Positions 63,333-64,000 of a stretch of 64,000 nt of DNA are shown here, one piece after another; the first letter of the stretch is position 1, and every line of letters starts with the position of its first letter. The notes under the pieces were generated by a model that did not search any database, was not told the origin of the DNA, and was given only the letters and a program-made list of their open reading frames with translations. Position numbers and translations under genes: made by a program. Source of the DNA: an uncultured Veillonellaceae bacterium (GTDB taxonomy: Bacteria > Bacillota > Negativicutes > JARBTT01); the NCBI GenBank assembly GCA_963805085.1, contig CAWDTA010000002.1, positions 736,001 through 800,000 of the forward strand, written 5' to 3'.

Positions 63333-64000
63333 TCCCCCCATCAGCATTCTGTATGAGGTTTTACCTCATACGGCTTTCCGACATTCTTCTTCCTTCAGCG
63401 TTCGTTATCCAGCAAGTTTTAATAAACCAAGCTTGCTAGACATCTTCCGGACATCTTTGATGCCAGCTAGGTGTCTTCTCTTTTGCCGTTTCTTGTTCCA
63501 CCATATTGTAAACCGCAATAATATGTACCAATCTATTTTATTGAGCCATTTAGTTGCTGTTTTTACTCCATAGTAGTTACGCCATCCTCATATTTTGGGA
63601 TTTAATCTTTCAATCAAGGTTTTTGCGTCCAGCACCAACGTTGTTCTGCTGGCTAGCACTTCCTTAATTTTCTCCCGCATTTTCTTCATGGATTTCTTGC
63701 TCGGTAGCTGGTGTGTTTGGGTATATTTTTGACCTTTTCCTGTTTCCGCTACTATTCTCCGGTGGTGCATCCCAAGAAAGTCAAATCCTTCTTTTCCGTC
63801 CCACATGGATACTAGCTTTGTTTTCTCCGGATGAAGCATCAATTCTAACCATAATCGCACTGACCAGTTTTAGGGCATGTTCGGCTTCTTTCTTGGTTCT
63901 ACAGATGACTACACTATCATCTGCATATCTTACGAGTTTCCCTAAATGGCTTCCATGCTTTTCCCACATGGTATCTAGATAGTTAAGGTATATATTAGCT
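63333..64000 (-). mobile_element. Degenerate group II intron (3' part; continues beyond window)
   Basis: RT/maturase remnant followed by domain V-like gaaagccgtatgaggtaaaacctca...gatggggg. Confidence 0.85.
63405..64000 (-). pseudogene. ltrA: Group II intron reverse transcriptase/maturase pseudogene
   Basis: ANIYL, VRYADD, LHPEKT, FDFLG and LNPKI*GWRNYY; frameshift near 63850 and in-frame TGA at 63588. Confidence 0.9.

Noticed and set aside
63405-64000. RT considered as a retron, DGR or defence RT
   Set aside because: Maturase motif and domain V indicate a group II intron. The relic repeats lack the adenine-specific variation of DGR template/variable pairs.

Overview
AT-rich chromosomal window from an anaerobic Firmicute, probably Negativicutes (inferred from protein families only). 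A housekeeping backbone (fruA 3' end, mgtC-like, feoAB, DtxR/MntR regulator, heterodimeric ABC exporter, ppk1, two ppx, stand-alone gyrA, ytaF, cyclophilin) is interrupted by two accessory tracts, about 5.9-33.4 kb and 37.6-52.4 kb. These carry asrABC with Crp/Fnr regulators, a xylose/xyloside cluster with a non-canonical isomerase, RNase J, amino-acid permeases, a LicT-controlled beta-glucoside operon, dapA/araC and a fructose-asparagine (fra)-like locus. There are two apparently identical IS200 copies, an IS200 remnant, many internally deleted pseudogenes and a dead group II intron at the right edge. The most unusual signal is that cargo blocks are separated by five diverged relic copies of neighbouring backbone gene ends (feoB 3', mntR 3', ABC 5', ppk 3', ppx-gyrA junction), with no integrase in view. 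This suggests that alternative alleles of the same chromosomal slot were stacked in tandem. One IS200 sits between the bgl RAT/terminator leader and bglP. No rRNA, tRNA or CRISPR array was seen. All product calls come from motif recognition, not database searches.
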